NCBI GenBank assembly: GCA_021432655.1
Contig: MU271183.1
Location: 1 to 64,000, forward strand
From: Atractiella rhizophila
Lineage: Eukaryota
DNA length: 64,000 nucleotides
Direction of reading: 5' to 3'
The notes beneath the pieces are model-generated. The model ran no database searches and had not been told where the DNA came from. It saw only the letters and a list, made by a program, of their open reading frames with translations. Positions 62,480 to 64,000 of the stretch are shown here, in pieces; positions within the stretch are counted from its first letter, which is position 1, and each line of letters opens with the position of its first letter. The translations under genes were made by a program, and so were the position numbers.

Positions 62480-63801
62480 TTATTCTGATTTCGCGCTGGT
62501 CCGCCTTTCTTTTTCTTCTTTCAGCGTCGTCTTCTTCAGACCGCTGAGAAGTTCTGCGACATCCTCATCCTCAGATTCAGAATTACGAAACAGATTTTTC
62601 TCATCAGATCCACTTGAACTCGACTCCTTCTTGACCTTGAGGCGTGAAGGAGCACCTGTTGGGGCACCAGCTTCATTCGAGCCTTCGGAGTCCGAGATCA
62701 CAACAGCCTTCTTCCTTTGGCTAGGTTTGGGTAAAGGTGACAGATCCTCTTCTTTTATCACAGGCTTCCTTTCAGTCTCACTGTGGCTTTCCTTCCCAGA
62801 TCCCGATTCAACTGCAGTTACTCTCTTCATATTGTTCTTGGAGGACGAGGACGAGGTAATCTCTTTCCTAGCTGCAAGCTTAGCCTGCCTTATCGCCTTA
62901 TATTTTTCTAGAGCGATGGCTGTCTGCCCGCCCACCATGTATTAGCCCATAGAAGTGAAGGTAGGGAACATGAAGAAAGGGAGACATGACGTACTTTACT
63001 TGGCGCTTGAGTCGCCAAACGGCGAGAACGACGAGGTTGTGTCTCAGAAATAGCAGTTTTCGCAAACGACTAGGATACAATAGTCAGCTGTGCGCTTCAT
63101 GAAGGGTACAAAGGGGACCTTTGTTAAAGTGTCCAGATCTTCGTCCTCTTCACGTTTCACTTTCGATGTATCATCCTCCTTGAGGTTAGTTCCCTCAGCA
63201 ACCCAAACCAACAAAGAAGCCCGTGCACACCTCATCTTCGCTTGCTTCTTCCGCCTTATCCTTTCCCTTTTTCCCACGTTTAACCTTTGAAGACTTAGAT
63301 GTAGGAGAGGGTTTAACCTGTTCAGTTACTCGAGCTCAGCAATGGCAAATGTGACAACATGGAGGACACTCACCTCATCCTCTTCACTATCTCCGTCAGA
63401 TATTTGGTCTCTCTCTCGTCTGATCTTAGAGGACTTTGGACGGGTTTGCAACGCTTCCTACAGTGGGGCTGCTTTCAGAAACAAGATCTGATAACACGAA
63501 AGAAAGTAGAGACCTCGTCTTCGCTTGCTCCTTCCTCACTACCCTCAGTCTCAACCTCATCGTCAGGGACGATGAACCCTTTATCTTCTTCATCTTCTTC
63601 ATCTTCCTCACTCTCCTCCTCCTCCGAGCCCTCAGAGTCATCACTTTCACTACCACTCTCACGCTCCATACCCAGTTCCGAACTACGGTCGCTCAGCGAC
63701 TGTTTCTGTTGCATCTTAGGCCGAATATTCGCCCTCGAATCTGATGTATCTTCTTCTCGGCTAGCAGTGGAGTCCAGGTCTTTGCGGTTAGATGGGGCCA
63801 T
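62480..63801 (-). CDS. Hypothetical acidic/basic low-complexity protein, multi-exon
   Basis: Series of E/D/S/K-rich ORFs (GFIVPDDE motif) separated by GT-AG introns; ATG at 63801. Confidence 0.6.
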
Positions 63802-64000
63802 GATGATAACGCCGTGATCTCGATCTCGTGAATCAGGAAGGTGCTTGTGCTCACAATAATGGATGACTGTGTGCATGAACGGCGTAACCTTGTTTGCTTG
63901 CTTGAGAATACCCTAGCCTGACACATTCGGACACAGTCATGATCAACATCATGACAATATTCTTCAAGGTGCTACTAGTAACTTCGTTCGCCTGAACGGG

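Noticed and set aside
63044..63070. CENCYF followed by TGA, suggesting a CxxC or selenocysteine motif
   Set aside because: Wrong frame; the spliced exon reads SFAKTAISETQPRRSRR without a stop

Overview
Gene-dense, intron-rich fungal genomic DNA, most likely from a basidiomycete (typical introns 45-60 nt, GT...CTRAC...AG). It carries about 22 protein-coding genes: a partial ABCB/MDR transporter, PRP6, an SGNH-like protein, two O-methyltransferases, two tandem SDRs, a large coiled-coil golgin-like protein, an S9 peptidase, a DUF4139/4140 protein, NOP53, a spartin/senescence-domain protein, ARL8, a FluG-like fusion, DBP5, a GST, an arrestin-like protein and several hypotheticals. It also has HNH and DUF4419 pseudogenes and a tRNA-Gly(CCC). 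The main find is a 690-nt intron in NOP53, more than 10 times the usual intron size here. It appears to hold a closely packed cluster of H/ACA-type RNAs: a clear snR31-like guide (18S psi999), a more degenerate snR5-like guide (25S psi1124/psi1004), and a possible third RNA with no identified target. Four diverged 0.8-1.3 kb tandem duplications and one garbled stretch in DBP5 look like assembly artefacts, probably heterozygous haplotypes placed in tandem and a low-quality read. All calls are by eye. rRNA targets and family assignments rely on remembered consensus sequences, not on searches.
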